DNA of 64,000 nucleotides from Takakia lepidozioides (lineage: Eukaryota > Plantae > Bryophyta): NCBI GenBank assembly GCA_030704615.1, contig CM060734.1:54374001-54438000 (forward strand). The letters are read 5' to 3'. Below the pieces are notes generated by a model. The model was given only the letters and a program-made list of their open reading frames with translations. It was not told the origin of the DNA and ran no database searches. This document shows, in pieces, positions 31,425-46,698 of the stretch (within the stretch, counting starts at the first letter, position 1; each line of letters opens with the position of its first letter). Position numbers and translations under genes: made by a program.

Positions 31425-32299
31425 ACAACACCCACCATAAAACCCACATTAATCAACCCATGAAGACTTACATGTACATTGAAAACTAGATAATGAGGAC
31501 CGTCCAGTATAAGCAATCACTCAAAGTGCAGAGTACTTTTGGTAGCATAAGAATATCTGCCACTGTGGCAGGGGGTTGATATTTGGGGGTTGCCTTTGAA
31601 GGCGCCGTAGTTGGTGCACTGTCGGTGGCAATATCAAGAGTGGCTTTCTCAGCCTGCAAACATCACGCCCAACACCCCTTAGCAGTTACATTTAGCAATG
31701 CATCTACTAATAGTTTGAAGTACCCAACATGTAAATGGCCACATTGTACAGAACTGATAGCCAACAGGTGCATGCATGCTCACCTCTAGTACGAAAACTG
31801 CTGCATGAGAGGTGCCTCTAGTTGCAGCCTAACACAAGCCCCTCCACCCCACAAAGTTAGCAATTATGGAAAATAAGGTCAACCGGGCAACGAGCAAGGT
31901 CGGCAGTTCGTGAACGCATACAAACCTTGGTCCAACGTGCCAAAAAAAATTTGGCATCCAATGGTGTGAATGCATGGAATGTCATGCTCTAGCGTCCTAG
32001 CAATGTCCCACATCCATTCAGTATTAAAACCCTAACACATGTTCTAACCCTTTGAAATTTAATCCATGGGTCAAGCCATACATAGCCCAATTCGTAAGCC
32101 ATTCATCTTTCTAACAAGGTTTCTAGGTCATTCACATTTAGGAAAGAACCTTGGTTTGATATATAACATTTACCACCATATATGCAGATTGTAAACTCAT
32201 CACAAAGATTGCAGGTTTGGAGATAAATCTCCGGAACTAGGTTCAAAGCATATCAGGTTTGAAATGAAACAATCAGCCACTCATGCCTTAAGTTCATGA

Positions 32300-35200
32300 A
32301 GTTTTTACCTCGATTGTCCCACCATTGACTGGGTCAAAAAAGTATTCATTCCACAGCTTCTCCTCGTCTCAGTTGTTACCTATTTTTGGATACTTCCCTA
32401 TTGTCACATTGGCAGTACCATGTCAAAGTCGCTCCAAACTATCAAAGGCTCACTCAACCAGCTAACTTGCAGAATTCAACATGAAAATTTAGGGCCGATT
32501 TGGATAAGAGGAAAAAACAGGGTGAAATGTGTTGAAGAAGGTGCTTTCATTACCAGTGCCTGAGTTTATCATTGTGCCGCTGCTGCTGCGGCTTCTAGTT
32601 GACCAGTCACCATCCCATGCAGGTTTCTTATAGCTATTGATCCATCTGGTACATTTCCAGCTTTGGTGATGCAACCATGCACCTCCGATGCCCTTTTCCA
32701 GGGCTGCCAGGCTTGCACACGCACTGCAAACGCACACAAACATGATGTGGTCGAACTTCACCCCTTCCCCCATCATTTGCTTTCAGGTCTCCAAAGCCCT
32801 ATACAGCGCCCCTGCTCTGCACACCCTGCAAACATCACATTCCACAACACCACATCTCATTCAGCCATAGTGTTGAACACTCCCTTGGCATCCTCAATGC
32901 TACCATATTTGGCATACATGGCCACCAGAGCAGTGTTCATGATGACATCTGGAACAATTGCAGATTTGATCATGTCACCAGGGATCTCTTTGCCCTTTTC
33001 CAGGGATGCCAGACACATTGCAAACACACACAAACCTTATGTCGGCGGGCTTCACCCCTTCCCCCATCATTTGCTCATAGGTTGGAGCCTCCATCCCGCA
33101 CCCCTGTTGTGCATACCCAGCAAGCATCGCACTCCACAACACCACATCTTGTTCAGCCATAGTGTTGAACACTCCCTTGGCATCCTCGATGCACCCACAT
33201 TTGGCATACATGTCCACCAAGGCAGGGGCAGTGTTCAGAATGACATCTGGTAATCTGACAAACATTCTCCTTTTAGAATTGTTCCAGCAAATGCCCCAAC
33301 CCTACTGACTTAGAGGCTGTAGTGTCCAAAGCCATGTCTGTTTCCAGAAAATAGTCTGATGAAAATGAAGTTAGGCAGAAAACTTCCCTGGACTTGTTTC
33401 CAGTCTGTGACATGGGGGAGGACATCATGGATGACCTCAAGGGTCTACCCACTCTCGGCACCAGACTGAAATTTAAACTAAGGGCAAGAATCCTACCTTT
33501 GAATAGCAAACAGAAGTAGAGAGGAAAGGGAGAGTGCAATTGCACCCAACTCAACTTATCACACTAGTTCCTATGATCAATTGCATCTGCTACACTCTGT
33601 AATCTGACAGGCATTCACCTTTTTGCCTCGGTTGTCCCACCAGTTACTGGGGTCAGAAAAGTATTCATCCCACAGCTTCTTCTCATATCTATTACCTGTT
33701 TTTGGATACTTAGGGACGACTCTAATAGCAGGGGAATTCAGGGTGAAATATGTTGAAGAAGGTACCTTCATTAGCAATGGGCCTTGTTCTATCAATTGCG
33801 CTGCTGCCATTGCTTTTTCCAGTTGACCATCTACCCACTCGTAGCCATTGTGCTATTGAAGAAGGTGCCCCCCCTTCCCCCATCATTTGCTCATAGCTCT
33901 CCAAAGCCTCCATCCCACGTCCCTGCCGTGCATACCATGCAAGCATCGCACTCCACGACACCACATCTCGTTCAGCCATAGTGTCGAACACTCCCTTTGC
34001 ATCCTAGATGCACCCACATTTTGCAAACATGTTCACCAGGGTTTTGTTCAGGATGACATCTGGTACAATTCCAGCTCTGAAGATGTCGCCATGGACCTCT
34101 TTCCCCTAAGCTGCCAGGGCAGTGTTCAGATTGACATTTGGCACAATTCCAGCTTTGATGATATCCCCATGCACCTAGACTTGCCCTTCATTTCGCATAC
34201 ATGTCCACCAGGGTATGGTTCAGACTGACATTTGGTACAATTCCAGCTCTGAAGATGTCGCCATGGACCTCTTTCCCCTTTTCCAGAGCTGCCAGGGCAG
34301 TGTTCAGATTCACATTTGGTACAATTCCGGCTTTGATGATATCCCCATGCACCTCTTGCCCTTCTCCAGGGCTGCCAGGCTTGCACAAGCATTGCAAATG
34401 CACACAAACATGATGTGCTTCCCCCATCATTTGCTCATAGCTCTCCAAAGCCTCCATCCCACGTCCCTGCCGTGCATACCATGCAAGCATCGCACTCCAC
34501 GACACCACATCTCGTTCAGCCATAGTGTCGAACACTCCCTTTGCACCCACATTTTGCAAACATGTTCACCAGGGTTTTGTTCAGATGACATCTAGTACAA
34601 TTCCAACTCTGAAGATGTCGCCATGCACCTCTTTCCCCTAAGCTGCCAGGGCAATGTTCAGATTGACATTTGGCACAATTCCAGCTTTGATGATATCCCC
34701 ATGCACCTCTTGCCCTTCTCCAGGCTGGATGTCAGGCTTGCACAAGCATTGCAAATGCACACAAACATGATGTGTTTCCCCCATCATTTGCTCATAGCTC
34801 TCCAAAGCCTCCATCCCACGTCCCTGCCGTGCATACCCTGCAAGCATCGCACTCCACGTCACCACATCTCGTTCAGCCATAGTGTCGAACACTCCCTTTG
34901 CATCCTAGATGCACCCACATTTTGCAAACATGTTCACCAGGGTATTGTTCAGAATGACATATGGTACAATTCCAACTCTAAAGATGTCGCCATGGACCTC
35001 TTTCCCCTTTTCCAAAGCTGCTAGGGCAGTGTTCAAATTGACATTTGGCACAATTCCAGCTTTGAAGATATCCCCATGCACCTCTTGCCCTTCTCCAGGG
35101 CTGCCAGGCTTGCACAAGAATTGCAAATGCACACAAACATGATGTGCTTCCCCCATCCTTTGCTCATAGGTCTCCAAAGCCTCCATCCCACGTCCCTGCC

Positions 35201-35765
35201 GTGCATACCTTGCAAGCATCGCACTCCACGACACCACATCTCGTTCAGCCATAGTGTCGAACACTCCCTTTGCATCCTAGATCCTAGATCCCTTTGCACC
35301 CACATTTTGCAAACATGTCCACCAGGGTATGGTTCAGAATGACATTTGGTACAATTCCAGCTCTGAAGATGTCGCCATGGACCTCTTTCCTCTTTTTCTA
35401 GAGCTGCCAGGGTAGTGTTCATAATGACATTTGGTATAATTCCAGCTTTGATGATACCCCATGCACCGCTTTGCCCTTGTCCAGGCTCGATGCACCCACA
35501 TTTTGCATAAATGTCCACCAGGGTATGGTTCAGAATGACATTTGGTACAATTCCAGCTCTGAAGATGTCGCCATGGACCTCTTTCCCCTTTTTCCAGAGC
35601 TGCCAGGGCAGTGTTCATAATGACATTTGGTACAATTCCAGCTTTGATGATACCCCATGCACCTCTTTGCCCTCGTCCAGGCTCGATGCACCCACATTTC
35701 GCATACATGTCCATCAGGGTATGGTTCAGACTGACATTTGGTACAATTCCAGCTCTGAAGATGTC
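32300..35765 (-). pseudogene. PLS-type PPR pseudogene with tandemly amplified motifs and two OSB-type PDF-motif exons
   Basis: Repeated [38 protein letters not shown] and EKGKEVHGDI units. KLWDEYFSDPSNWWDNRGKK at ~33620-33690 and KLWNEYFFDPVKWWDNRGKK at ~32300-32365. Many frameshifts. Confidence 0.85.
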
Positions 35766-36735
35766 TGTTAGATGACTGTCTGGGACTTAGACACTTATAC
35801 GGGATCTGTAGGGTACCCTTAATTTTTGCACAGACTGAGACCAACAGGAGCCTTAGGGGTGACAACAGCGCACTGTAGAGGGGGGTTACACAGTCCGTCA
35901 CAGTCCAACACAGCCCGTCATAGCCCGACACAGCCATCACAGCCAACACAGCCCGTCACAACCGACACAGCCACACAGCCAGTCACAGCCCGACACAGCC
36001 AAACACAGTTGCACAGCCAGTCGCAGCCCGTCACAGTTTCACACAGCCAGTCACAGCTTGACACAGCTGTCACGACCATAGGGAACGGAGAGCAGGACAG
36101 AGAACGACTGTGGGGAACAACACCTGCAAATGGAACATGTTAGTTCACGGACGACGGTTAGTAAGGGAAACGGTTAGAGCCACGGGTAGGAAGATAAAGG
36201 GAGAAGCAAGGACTGAGAGGATAGATATATATTCTTGGAAGCACTTGAGGGGGGAGGACTTCTTGGTCATGCATGAGAGGGGATCGGGCGGAGAGCAGAA
36301 ACGGAAGCAAGCATGGAGAGCACGGTGAAGGAGGAGAGATGATTAGTAGATGCTTGTTATATGCAAAGCTGTAGTGATATTGTAGAGCAGATTAGAGACA
36401 CAATGGCTTCGGCCTGATACCTGATAAATCATAATCTGATACTTATACGATATAATCACACTGTGTAGAGAGATCTGAGTGAAGCTGTGGAATGAATGGA
36501 TGCGTTGATAGAATCCGATAGATTGATGAAGCAAACTGATACTTAATTATCAATAACTAGGTAGCTAACATGAATGCGGAAAGGAAAACAAATAGGAAAC
36601 ACCCCCATGATACACTAGCTGTAGGTCATGACTGATTGTTCTGAGCGGGCTGAGTACTTAGAGATTTCCAACTCTTCTATCTTGGAGTTTCCGCCTCGGA
36701 TAGCGAAGGGATGGGTGAGTAAAAGCCGCGCGACA
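35766..36735 (+). repeat. 5' LTR of copy 2
   Basis: TGTTAGATGACTG...GCGCGACA, a diverged inverse match to 27674-28745. Confidence 0.92.
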
Positions 36736-39700
36736 TTTGGCGACTGAGTCATGAACAACCAGATGTGATAGGCATCTGGTGGGATCATGGTGGTTGGACC
36801 ATTAAAGAATTTGAAGTGAATCAAATTCCCTGTGGAACGAAGGAAGAAAGATTGTCCAAACAATTCTTTCAAAGGTTCTTGGAATTGCCAGACGGTTGTA
36901 AAGAAAATATTCTTAAGCGAGTGCATGATGCTGATCCGGAATGGGGTCTGGAGAAAGGAGTGATAAAGATTTATCAGGTAGCTTGTAAAGGAAGAGCACG
37001 TTGGTTACCAACGTTGGTTTATGTGATAGCATTGCTATCCATTAAGCGAGTAGAGTTTGAAGGTTGGGAAGAAAGAAAGGTGAATGTTTATACTCATATG
37101 CATGAAGAACTTGTACTGGTAAAGAATTGGATTCCAAAGGATATTTTGTGGATCAAACTCACACCAAGAACAGCTTTCCAGACTTGTTTGCCATATGGTT
37201 ATATGGTAACGGAGACTTCAAGTATAACCAAGGGTGCATTGAAGCTTGAAAGAAACCCAGGCATATACGAGAGACATTACAGAAGAGAGTTTTGGTTACT
37301 GCCACATTAAAAGAAATGAAAGACATGGGACATGAGTGATGAAAGAGAAGCTAGACGCCAGAGATATTCAGTAAAAAGAGAAAGCTATCTGAAAGCTAAT
37401 TATCCATATCTTTGGGAGAGAGGAATAGACATAGGGGAATCATCTGGACCTCTCACACCATTAAGATCAAAGAGTACATCACCCATACCGGAAGAACTAG
37501 AGTTGGATGCCACTCCTTCTGTTTCTTTGCAAGAAAGATTAAGGGAATTGGTACAGGAAGAAGATCAATCACGAGGTGAAAGATCTGAGGTACATCCTTG
37601 GATAAAAGATTTCACAGAAATCTTTGATAAGAGTTGGCATGGAACACCAAAAGCAGGAACTCCAGTTTCAGAAGCGGAAGGTGAAGAAGGAGAAGAGGAT
37701 GTGGCAGAGCCAACGGAGAGTTCAGACTCTCCAACACCATTACAGTTGAGTTACATGAGTGAAGAAGAAACCCAAGGGCAGAACTTGGAGGATGAAAACA
37801 GAGAGAAGAAATTGGAAGAGGAAGAATATGAAGAAGTAGACCCAACAGCTGAGGTTGAGACTACAACCAGGACATCCCAACCCGTTGGACCTGGATCAAG
37901 TGGAGCACTTGGATCACAGGCCAACGAAGGTGTCGGCTCAGGGGGATCAAGCGGGCGGCCTGGATCTGGCTCTGGGGGGACAGGGAGTGTGGGAAGTAGT
38001 GCAACTGAAGCTGGGAATACTGTGAATATCGTGGGGCCAGTAGCAGGGAGTGCTCAAGGGCCACCACTTGGTGGAAGATCCACCACAAAAACAACAGGTC
38101 CAGAAGGACCAGCACCAGCAAGGGTGCCAGCACCTGTCAGTGGGCAGAAGGTAGGGCCACAGATGGCGTTACAACCAACACGGGCAAAACCACCCTTTCC
38201 AATATATTCAGGAAAAGGGGATCCCGATGTACACATTAGCCAATTTGAGCACATGTGTATAGTGAACAATGAGAATGGCGATGATGCCAAGATGAGATTG
38301 TTTCCTTGTTCACTTATCAAGAAAGCAAGTGAATGGTATGCAAGATTCCCTGATAATCATTTCCTAACCTGGAATGGCTTGAATACAGCATTTCGAAATA
38401 GGTTCAGGACAAGTAAAACTGAGGATGAAGTGTATGGAAGTTTACAACAGTTAAAGCAAAAGAAGCATGAAACTGTGAGGAGTATATGGAAAAGATGGAA
38501 TTGATGATGAAAAAGCTGGCTGCAGTACCAGCACCCAGTTTACATAAGACTTGGTTTGTGAGTGGACTAAGACCAGAGTTGCAAAAGAAAGTGGATATGT
38601 TACCCCATAATACAGTGGAGGATGCATATGAAACTGCAAACAGAATTGAGCAATTGGGAATGCTCAGGAGAGAGAAAAAGGATGATGAGGACTCTGAGGA
38701 TGAGTCAGATGAAGAAGAAGAGCAAGAACTAAAAAGGAAGAGTAAGAGAAAGGAGAAGTTGAAGAGGGATAACTATGAAAAAAAATTGGAAGAAATCTTG
38801 AAGAAGTATGCCACAGAGGCTGCAACACATTGGAGGAAGGGTGTATGGTGTGCAAAGTGCCAGAATGAAGGCCATACCACCACAGAATGCCACATGAAGG
38901 AGAAACACTGTACTATCTGTAAAATGGATAACCATTCTACTGAGAATTGTTACTACAACAGAAGGACAGCTGCAAGAGAACCTAGGCAAGTAAGGGTGCA
39001 TCAGGTGCAACCCCAGCCAAGAAGAAACAATGATCAGGACCACTATGGTAGGTCTGGTGGTTATAACAATGGCATGGAAGGGAGAGGTAATTCAAGAGGA
39101 AATTACCAAGGAAATGCCAGAGGCAACTATCAGGGTAATCCAAGGGGGAATTACCAGCCCAGGAATCAGGATTACAGAAATAATCCAAGAATAGACCAAG
39201 GGCGAAGACCCAATGGTGAAGAACTATGTTACTATTGTAATCAGCCAGGACATCGCAGGGCAGCCTGTTCATTCTGGATAAGACACCAGAATGAGATGAG
39301 AGCTCCTGTGAATGAGGGCCCAGTGGTGGCAGCTCACATGGTTAGGCCGTGTGTTGTACCAGAAGTAAGTACAATGATAGTAACCAAAGCAAAGTCAAAC
39401 TAATACCTCCAGTAGCTGAGGAAGATGATGATAATGAAGATGGCAGTGATATGCCTGAAGATGAAGAGACTTGGAAAGATGAGAAGGAATTGCACAAGGA
39501 AGTGGCAGATACTATAAGGGAAATGCAGAAGAGTACTGATATTCTTGTGGCAGATTCCTCTGATTCTGATGGAGAAGAAGAAGTGAGTGAGGATGAAAGG
39601 AAGAAAGAAGATGCAGGCATGCAAAGTAATGAAGAGACTTTGGCTGAAGTAATATGTCAGACCAAAGCAGAAATTACCATTGGACAGCTATTAGCTGTGG

Positions 39701-42700
39701 CACCTTATTGTAGGCACAGGCTGTATCAAGCAATCAATCGAATTGCCCAAGAGACAGGAAACACAGACCTGAACAGCAAGGTGACCAGTTATAATGTGAA
39801 GCCGGAAGGGCGAGAACCAGTCATGGACTTTGATGATTCTATGCCAGTAATCCAATTGAGAATTGGAAGCACAGAACTAACTGATGTACTGATAGATGGA
39901 GGTTCTGGAGTGAATATCATGACAGACCAATTAAGAAAGAAGTTTGGTCTAAGTAACATGAAACCAGCCCCATTTACAGTAACAATGGCAGATCAAAGAA
40001 GTGTACAGCCATTGGGATTAATAAGAGGAGTTAAGATACAGATACAGAAGATGATCTTTATGATCACAGTAACTGTGTTGAAGATGGATGAAGTCATGGA
40101 GGCTTACTCCTTATTATTGGGACGTCCGTGGCTGAAACAGGCCAGGGTATTCCATGACTGGAATTCTCAGTTACTAACCGTGCATAATGGGATACACGAG
40201 ATACAAATACCACAAAGAAATCTAGTAGATTACCTGCTACGAGAAGACCTCGAGGAGTCAGAGAGTATGACTGGAAAGGAGGACTGGATGAGGAGCAGGA
40301 AGCTACCCTATTTGCTGCACACCCAGAGTGGGAGCAGGTTGCAGAGATGCGGCTGGAAAAGCCTAAGTTGTTTAAGAGGTATCTGCTGTGGTGTAGTGAC
40401 AGCAACACCAACTGAACGAGGAAACCAGCAGTTACCCATCACATTTCTATGAAGAAAGAGAAGGAGAAATGGAAATCCTAGAGGAACAGCCACTGTGAGC
40501 TTACAGGATGAAGTGGTGACTGGTTGGACAATCACAGCTGATGAGCAGGTGAGGGAAGTGAATGTGGGAACTAAAGAGGAACCGAGGATGGTGAAAGTAG
40601 GAGCTGATTTGGAGCCGGAATTCTTTGAAGAAGCTAAAAGCTTGTTCATCAAATACAGAGATGTATTTGCTTGGAGCTATGAGGATCTAAAAGGGATACC
40701 ACCTGAAGTCTGTCAGCATAAGATTGAACTAGAACCAGGGTCAGTACCAATCAAGCAGGCGAAATACAGAATGAATCCCAACTACGCACAGAAGGTTGGA
40801 GAAGAGATTAAGAAGTTGGCTGAGGCTAAGTTTATATACCCAATAGAGTATACAACTTGGTTGTCACCCATTGTTATAGTTCCCAAGAAGAATGGTAAAC
40901 TAAGAGTATGTGTGAACTACAAGAAGCTGAATGCTTGTACGAAGATAGATCCTTTCCCTTTGCCATTCACAGAAGCAGTATTGGACACTGTGGCAGGCCA
41001 TGAGATGCACTCATTCATGGATGGTTTCAGTGGTTATAATCAAGTGCAAGTGGCAGAAGAAGATCAAGGACAGACAGCTTTCATCACAGACTGGGGTGCT
41101 TATGCATATAAAGTCATGTCCTTTGGACTTTGTAATGCACCAGCAACCTTTCAGAGAGTGATAAGTGAATCTTTTCATGAGTATCTGGATGATTTCATGC
41201 AGGTATTCTTGGATGATTTCAGTGTGTACAGCTCTAAGAATGAGCACTTACATAAATTGGAGTTATGTCTGGCCAGATGCAAGATGAGAGGTTTGGGCCT
41301 GAATCCAGAGAAGTGTACTTTCTGTGTGAACTCAGGGGTGCTTCTGGGACACATTGTGTGTAAGAAGGGACTTCTTGTGGATCCCAGGAAGACAGAATCC
41401 ATTAAAGCCTCTCCACCACCAGTGAATGTTAAGAGTTTAAGGAGATTCATTGGGCAAACCAGTTATTACAGAAGATTTGTCAAAAGGTATGCACAAATAG
41501 CAGCACCATTGAGCAAGCTTCTGAAGAAAGATGCAGTGTTTGCCTGGACAGCTGAATGTCAACAGGCGTTTGAGGAACTTACACTGTCAGTAACAACTAC
41601 ACCTGTGCTGATTAACCCTCACTGGCATGTAGTATTTCATGTTCACTGTGATGCATCAGGAGAAGCGTTGGAGCGGTGTTAGCCCAGAATGTTACAAGAA
41701 ATATAGATTCACCTGTGTACTAGTTAGCAGGTTGATGAACAGTGCTGAAAGGAACTATAGCACAACGGAAAGAGAAGCATTGGCAATGATCTATGCAGTG
41801 AAGAAATTCAGGCATTACCTGTTGGGCAAGAAGTTTATGTTTATGTGGATCACCAGGCTCTGATATACCTGGTAAACAAACCTCTGATAAGCGGAAGAAT
41901 AGCAAGATGGTTGATAATCTTGCACGAGTTTGAGTTCGAGGTTGTTTACAAGCCTGGGAGACTGCATCTTGTGGCGGATCACTTGTCACGGTTATCAACA
42001 GGAGAACCAGCCACAGGAATAGATGATCAATTACCAGATGCGAGTCTATTTGCAGTGGAGGTGCAGGGAAGTGCAGATGACTGGTTAGATTGGCAGTGGC
42101 CAATCAGATACTACCTTGCTCATGGTCAGTGCCCACCTAGTTATGGTAAGGAGCAGAGGAAGAGAATCGCTATCAAGCTTTACCTTATACTATGGTAGGC
42201 AAATAATGTATAAGCTAGGACCTGATGGAGTACTAAAACGATGCTTGTACCACCATGAAGTAAATAAAGTTTTGGAGGAAGTTCATAAAGGAGTGGCTGG
42301 AGGTCATTTTGGAGAAGAGACTACCAGTAGGAAGATACTACTCGCAGGTTACTGGTGGCCTACTTGTTCAAAGATGTACACGAGTATTGTCAGAGTTGTG
42401 ATGAATGTCAGAGGCTAGGACCTTTGCAGAGATCTGGAAGGATGGCCTTGCATCTACAATGCCTACGGAACCATTTAGAAATGGGGACTAGACTTTGTTG
42501 GACCGATTAACCCACCGGCCAAGAATACACGGAACAGGTACATAATTACAGCCACTGATTTATACTACGAAGTGGGGGAAGCTAAAGCTTTGAGGGCAAC
42601 CAGCCAAGTCCACAACAAGGTTCCTGTATGAGAACATACTTACACGATTTGGCTGTCCCTTAGAATTTATCAGTGATCAGGGAAGTCACTTCATTAATGA

Positions 42701-45395
42701 GACCATTGAATTATTGACTAAAGAGTTCATGATTGTGCATAGAAGAGTACAACATATTACCCACAGGGTAATGGGCAGGCAGAGGCTACCAACAAAATAC
42801 TATGTACTATCTTGGCTAAGATAGTCAATGCAAACAGAACGGATTGGGATACAAAGCTGTTGACAGCTTTGTGGTCATACAGGACTTCATATAAAGTCAC
42901 CACTAAGTATACACCATTCCAATTAGTTTATGGTATGGAAGCCTTACTTCCAGTGGAATTCCTGTTACCTACCATGAGAACGGATGGGGAAAGAGAATGG
43001 AATTGCAAGATTCCATTAAAGTCAGGAAACATGAATTATACCATGTGGAAGAAGTACGTGCTGATGCAGCTGATAATATGACCAGAATTCAGATGAAGAG
43101 GAAGGAACAGTTTGATGAAAACAAGTTAAAAACTTTTAAGACGGGAAATTTGGTTCTATGGTTGCAGAAGAAGGGAAAAATTAAAGCTTCTAAGATTAAA
43201 TCACCATGGAAAGGACCTTATGTCATACAAAAGATGTATGATAACAACACCGCCATGTTACAAACCATTAACAAAGAGATGCTGGGAAGAGTCAATGCCA
43301 ATAAGTTGAAGGGGTACAGTGGTATCCATGACAAACCATTGCAGCATGATTTGCATGTTGAAACGCAAGAGCAGTCACGGGCTGCACCAGTGTTACCAAC
43401 GGAGTATGGAGCACTTGTCGCTAGGCCAAGCATATATGACCAGGGCGGGCAGAACAAGCGTGACACAGCCTATCACAGCCTATCAAGATGAAACACAGCC
43501 TATCACAGTCCATCACGACGTGACACAGCCTATCACAGCCCATCAAGGCAAAACACAGCCTATCACAGCCCAGCACGGCGCAACACAGCCTATCACAACC
43601 TACCACCGCGTGTCACAGCCTATCACAGCTTACCACAGTGCATCACAGCCTATCACAGCGTACCACAGTATGACACAGCCTGTCACAGCTCAACACAGCC
43701 TACTAGGATTACACGATCCATAGAATCAGTGACAGGTGGGCGCACAATAACTTCAGGAAAATGGCTGACGGAAGAAAAGACGGAAACCAGTTTAAAAATA
43801 GACACGTGGAAGTCAGGGCGCGACACACAGCTGAGAAGGAAGTGCAAGAACAGGTGTCATCAAGAAAGAGGACAAGAATGGCCGTCAAAATACCTAATCA
43901 GCGCGTCAAATTGGATGAAAGGCGGGCCCATTAATGAATACGGAAAAAAGGGAACGGAACAAACGGCAAGTACAGAAAAGCGAAATTCTTGTCACATGTG
44001 TGATCCTAGTGGACTATCCAGCAGGGAAAGTCCACTAAAGAAAATGAAATCTAAAATCCAGTCACAGCGGTTACAGCCAATAGAAAGCCAGAGAAAGGAT
44101 CAAGAAATTGGAGGGAAATTACGCGCAAGAGGCGGCGTCGTTCTGAGTAACGGGCGTCTCGACAGGACAGACCATCAATGCTATAGCTTGGAAACTATGG
44201 AGGAACTAACAGACTATACGCTCGCAATATTACTTACGCAGTGGCATAGACACGAAAGAACAGAGCGGAGCTTTTCTCTTGATCGATGCTTGCAAGCCCC
44301 GCAGGCTTACAAGAAATTACCCATAGCTTTTTGTGGCAACCATACGTTTATGCTTTGTGCACTACAGGCATTTCTGCAGTTGTTACAGCCAAAACATTTC
44401 TGTGGATCTAAAATGAAGAGAGTGAGAGGAATGGAGGAAATCAGGGTGAAGAGCACCACAATTCTGCAGAAACAAACGATTGCTACCCCACATGGCGATA
44501 CAGATACTGAAGGAGCTGAGATTGCAAGGATTGCAAAGCATAGATTGGACATTGCACCATAGACAGTACATGTTACAATTCTTGCAGAACTTTGAGCCAA
44601 AGACAGGAACAACAACGGTGAAGGGAGTTGAATTAGTAATTACTCCCTATACCTCCAGCAATTGTTTCGATTGCCAGCAGGTCAGGTGCATGTGGAGGAG
44701 CACAGGGCAAGACTGCAAATAGGGGACTTATTCCAAGAAGGGAGTTTCTTTAAAACTCAGGGTTATGCTTGTACCAAGGCCGTGTACCCAGGGCTAAAGG
44801 AGGTAGGCCAGGTATTGAACGTTCTGATTGCCATGAAACAGAACCAACAGTATTTGAGCAGATCCTTCACGGAGGAAATACTCAAAGCCCTGAAAGGACA
44901 AGAGGTAGAATGGGCGGACATAATGTACAACGCACTGGTAGAGGAGATGAAAAGATTACAAGGTACTACCGCAAAGTCTCCTATCATAGTGTCTGGCCGA
45001 ATCATTGCTCAAATAATTCTTGATTCTGGCATACTTGATGCGCAAGAAAGAAAGGAGATGGGAGTGTTTGAGCCAGAAACCACTGCAATGGAAGAGCAAG
45101 GTTCTTCACACAGTGAGGGTGGACTAGCAGGGCAACCCGAGACTAAGAGACAGAGATGGGGAAAGACTGTAGTGGCGGATCCACTGGCTTCACGGATTCC
45201 GCAATGATAATGTTTCCCAAGCTCATGTGCAGGAAGGGGCACAGCAGCACAGATAACTGCTATTACTGGAAGCAGGACCTTCAGAGAGGGAAAGGAGGAT
45301 TACTTCAGTATCACAACCATCACAGCCAGCTGATCGACTTGTTACAAGGTTACAAGTTGTCCATGCAGCTCAACCAGAAATAATTGATTTGGAAA
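35766..45395 (+). mobile_element. Second copy of the Athila/Phygy-like Gypsy element, 3'-truncated within the extra ORF
   Basis: 5' LTR 35766-36735, PBS with a 13-nt deletion, ORF0 36765-37310, gag-pol 37332-43491 with many frameshifts, extra ORF from 43996. Homology to copy 1 stops at ~45395. Confidence 0.93.
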
Positions 45396-46698
45396 AAGAA
45401 TTTGCGGTTGGACACCCCAAATTCTTCACCAAAAAAAAGTCTATTTCTACCTCCAGACCCTGTACCTTGTTTCACAGTTCCAGTAAAGATCAGGATGCAA
45501 AATCGAGATATCTCCGTAAAAGCACTTTTGGACTCGGGCGCTTCAGCGTGTTTTATTGACAAAGACTTTGCGAAGCAACACAATTTAACGCTCGTAAGAA
45601 AGAAATTCTCGACCCCTGTTGAAGTCATTGATAGACGACCGTTAGCATCAAGAAATATTGACCATGAAACTCGACCCCTTGAAGTGAAGCTTAAAAATCA
45701 AGCATCACAGATTGTTTTCAATGTCATCCAGTCTCCTACGAATCGAGACGATGGGCCACCAATGCGATGCGTACTTCCTCGTCTGGACCCTGTACGACAG
45801 CAAGTGGAGCCTACTCGAAGTCTGATAATTCTGTTGGAGGTTGAGGCTTCGGACCCAGAGGCAACGAAATCATGTTTGAAGGCAACTTCGAAAATTAGAA
45901 TGCTCAAATCACTGCGTGGTCCCAAGTTCAAGGTGTTGGACACTATCAATGGTTGCAGGGACCTATAAATCATTTGAGTAAAAAACAAAGATCCGAATAC
46001 TTGACAAGTACCATTCACCGGATTTTGGATTTTCTCCAACTCTAAGCAAGTCCAAGATTTTACCGCTCCTCGAGGAACTCGACGCTAGAGGAGGGGTGAT
46101 GTCACGGATATAGCCCAGAAAAACTTACCAGGAATAAATACCGAAAATTACCAAGTTACCATGTTACCGGAAGTTATCATGATTTACCGTGATTTATCAT
46201 TACTTATCAAGTTACCGGGAGTTTACCAAATTACCAAGAGTAACTTGGGAAACTGCTCAGGAAGCTTCATTTGGAGGAAACTTTTCCATCAAGATACCTC
46301 ATTTGTTTAAGGAAGCTTCTCCATCAAGAAACCTTTATTTAATCTTGGAAACTTCTTCAGCAAGAAACCTCCATAGGGGAAGCTTCTTAGTAGCCAGTAT
46401 ATATAGGAGGCGAGACTGGACACTCTTCAGTCTCGCCAATACCAGTTCAAGCTACTCTTGTTTCCAGTTCCCAGTACTCTAGCCCAGTTTCCAGTATCTG
46501 GTACTCCAGTCTAGTTTCCAACATTCCAGTATTCAAGTCGTGTTCCAATATCTTGTACTCTTGTTCATTGTTATAAATATCATCTTGATTCCTATTTACT
46601 CATCGTGCATACGGCCATGCCGACCTTGACTTCTTGTCTAGTCTTGTACCTCTAGTCTGATATCTTGTTTGTGTTCAGTCATGTTCTCGTCCTTGACA
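45396..46698 (+). mobile_element. Internally deleted Gypsy remnant: protease fragment, PPT and 3' LTR (46100-46698)
   Basis: VKALLDSGASACFIDKDFAKQHNL; PPT AGAGGAGGGGTGA followed by TGTCACGG...CCTTGACA. Confidence 0.8.
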
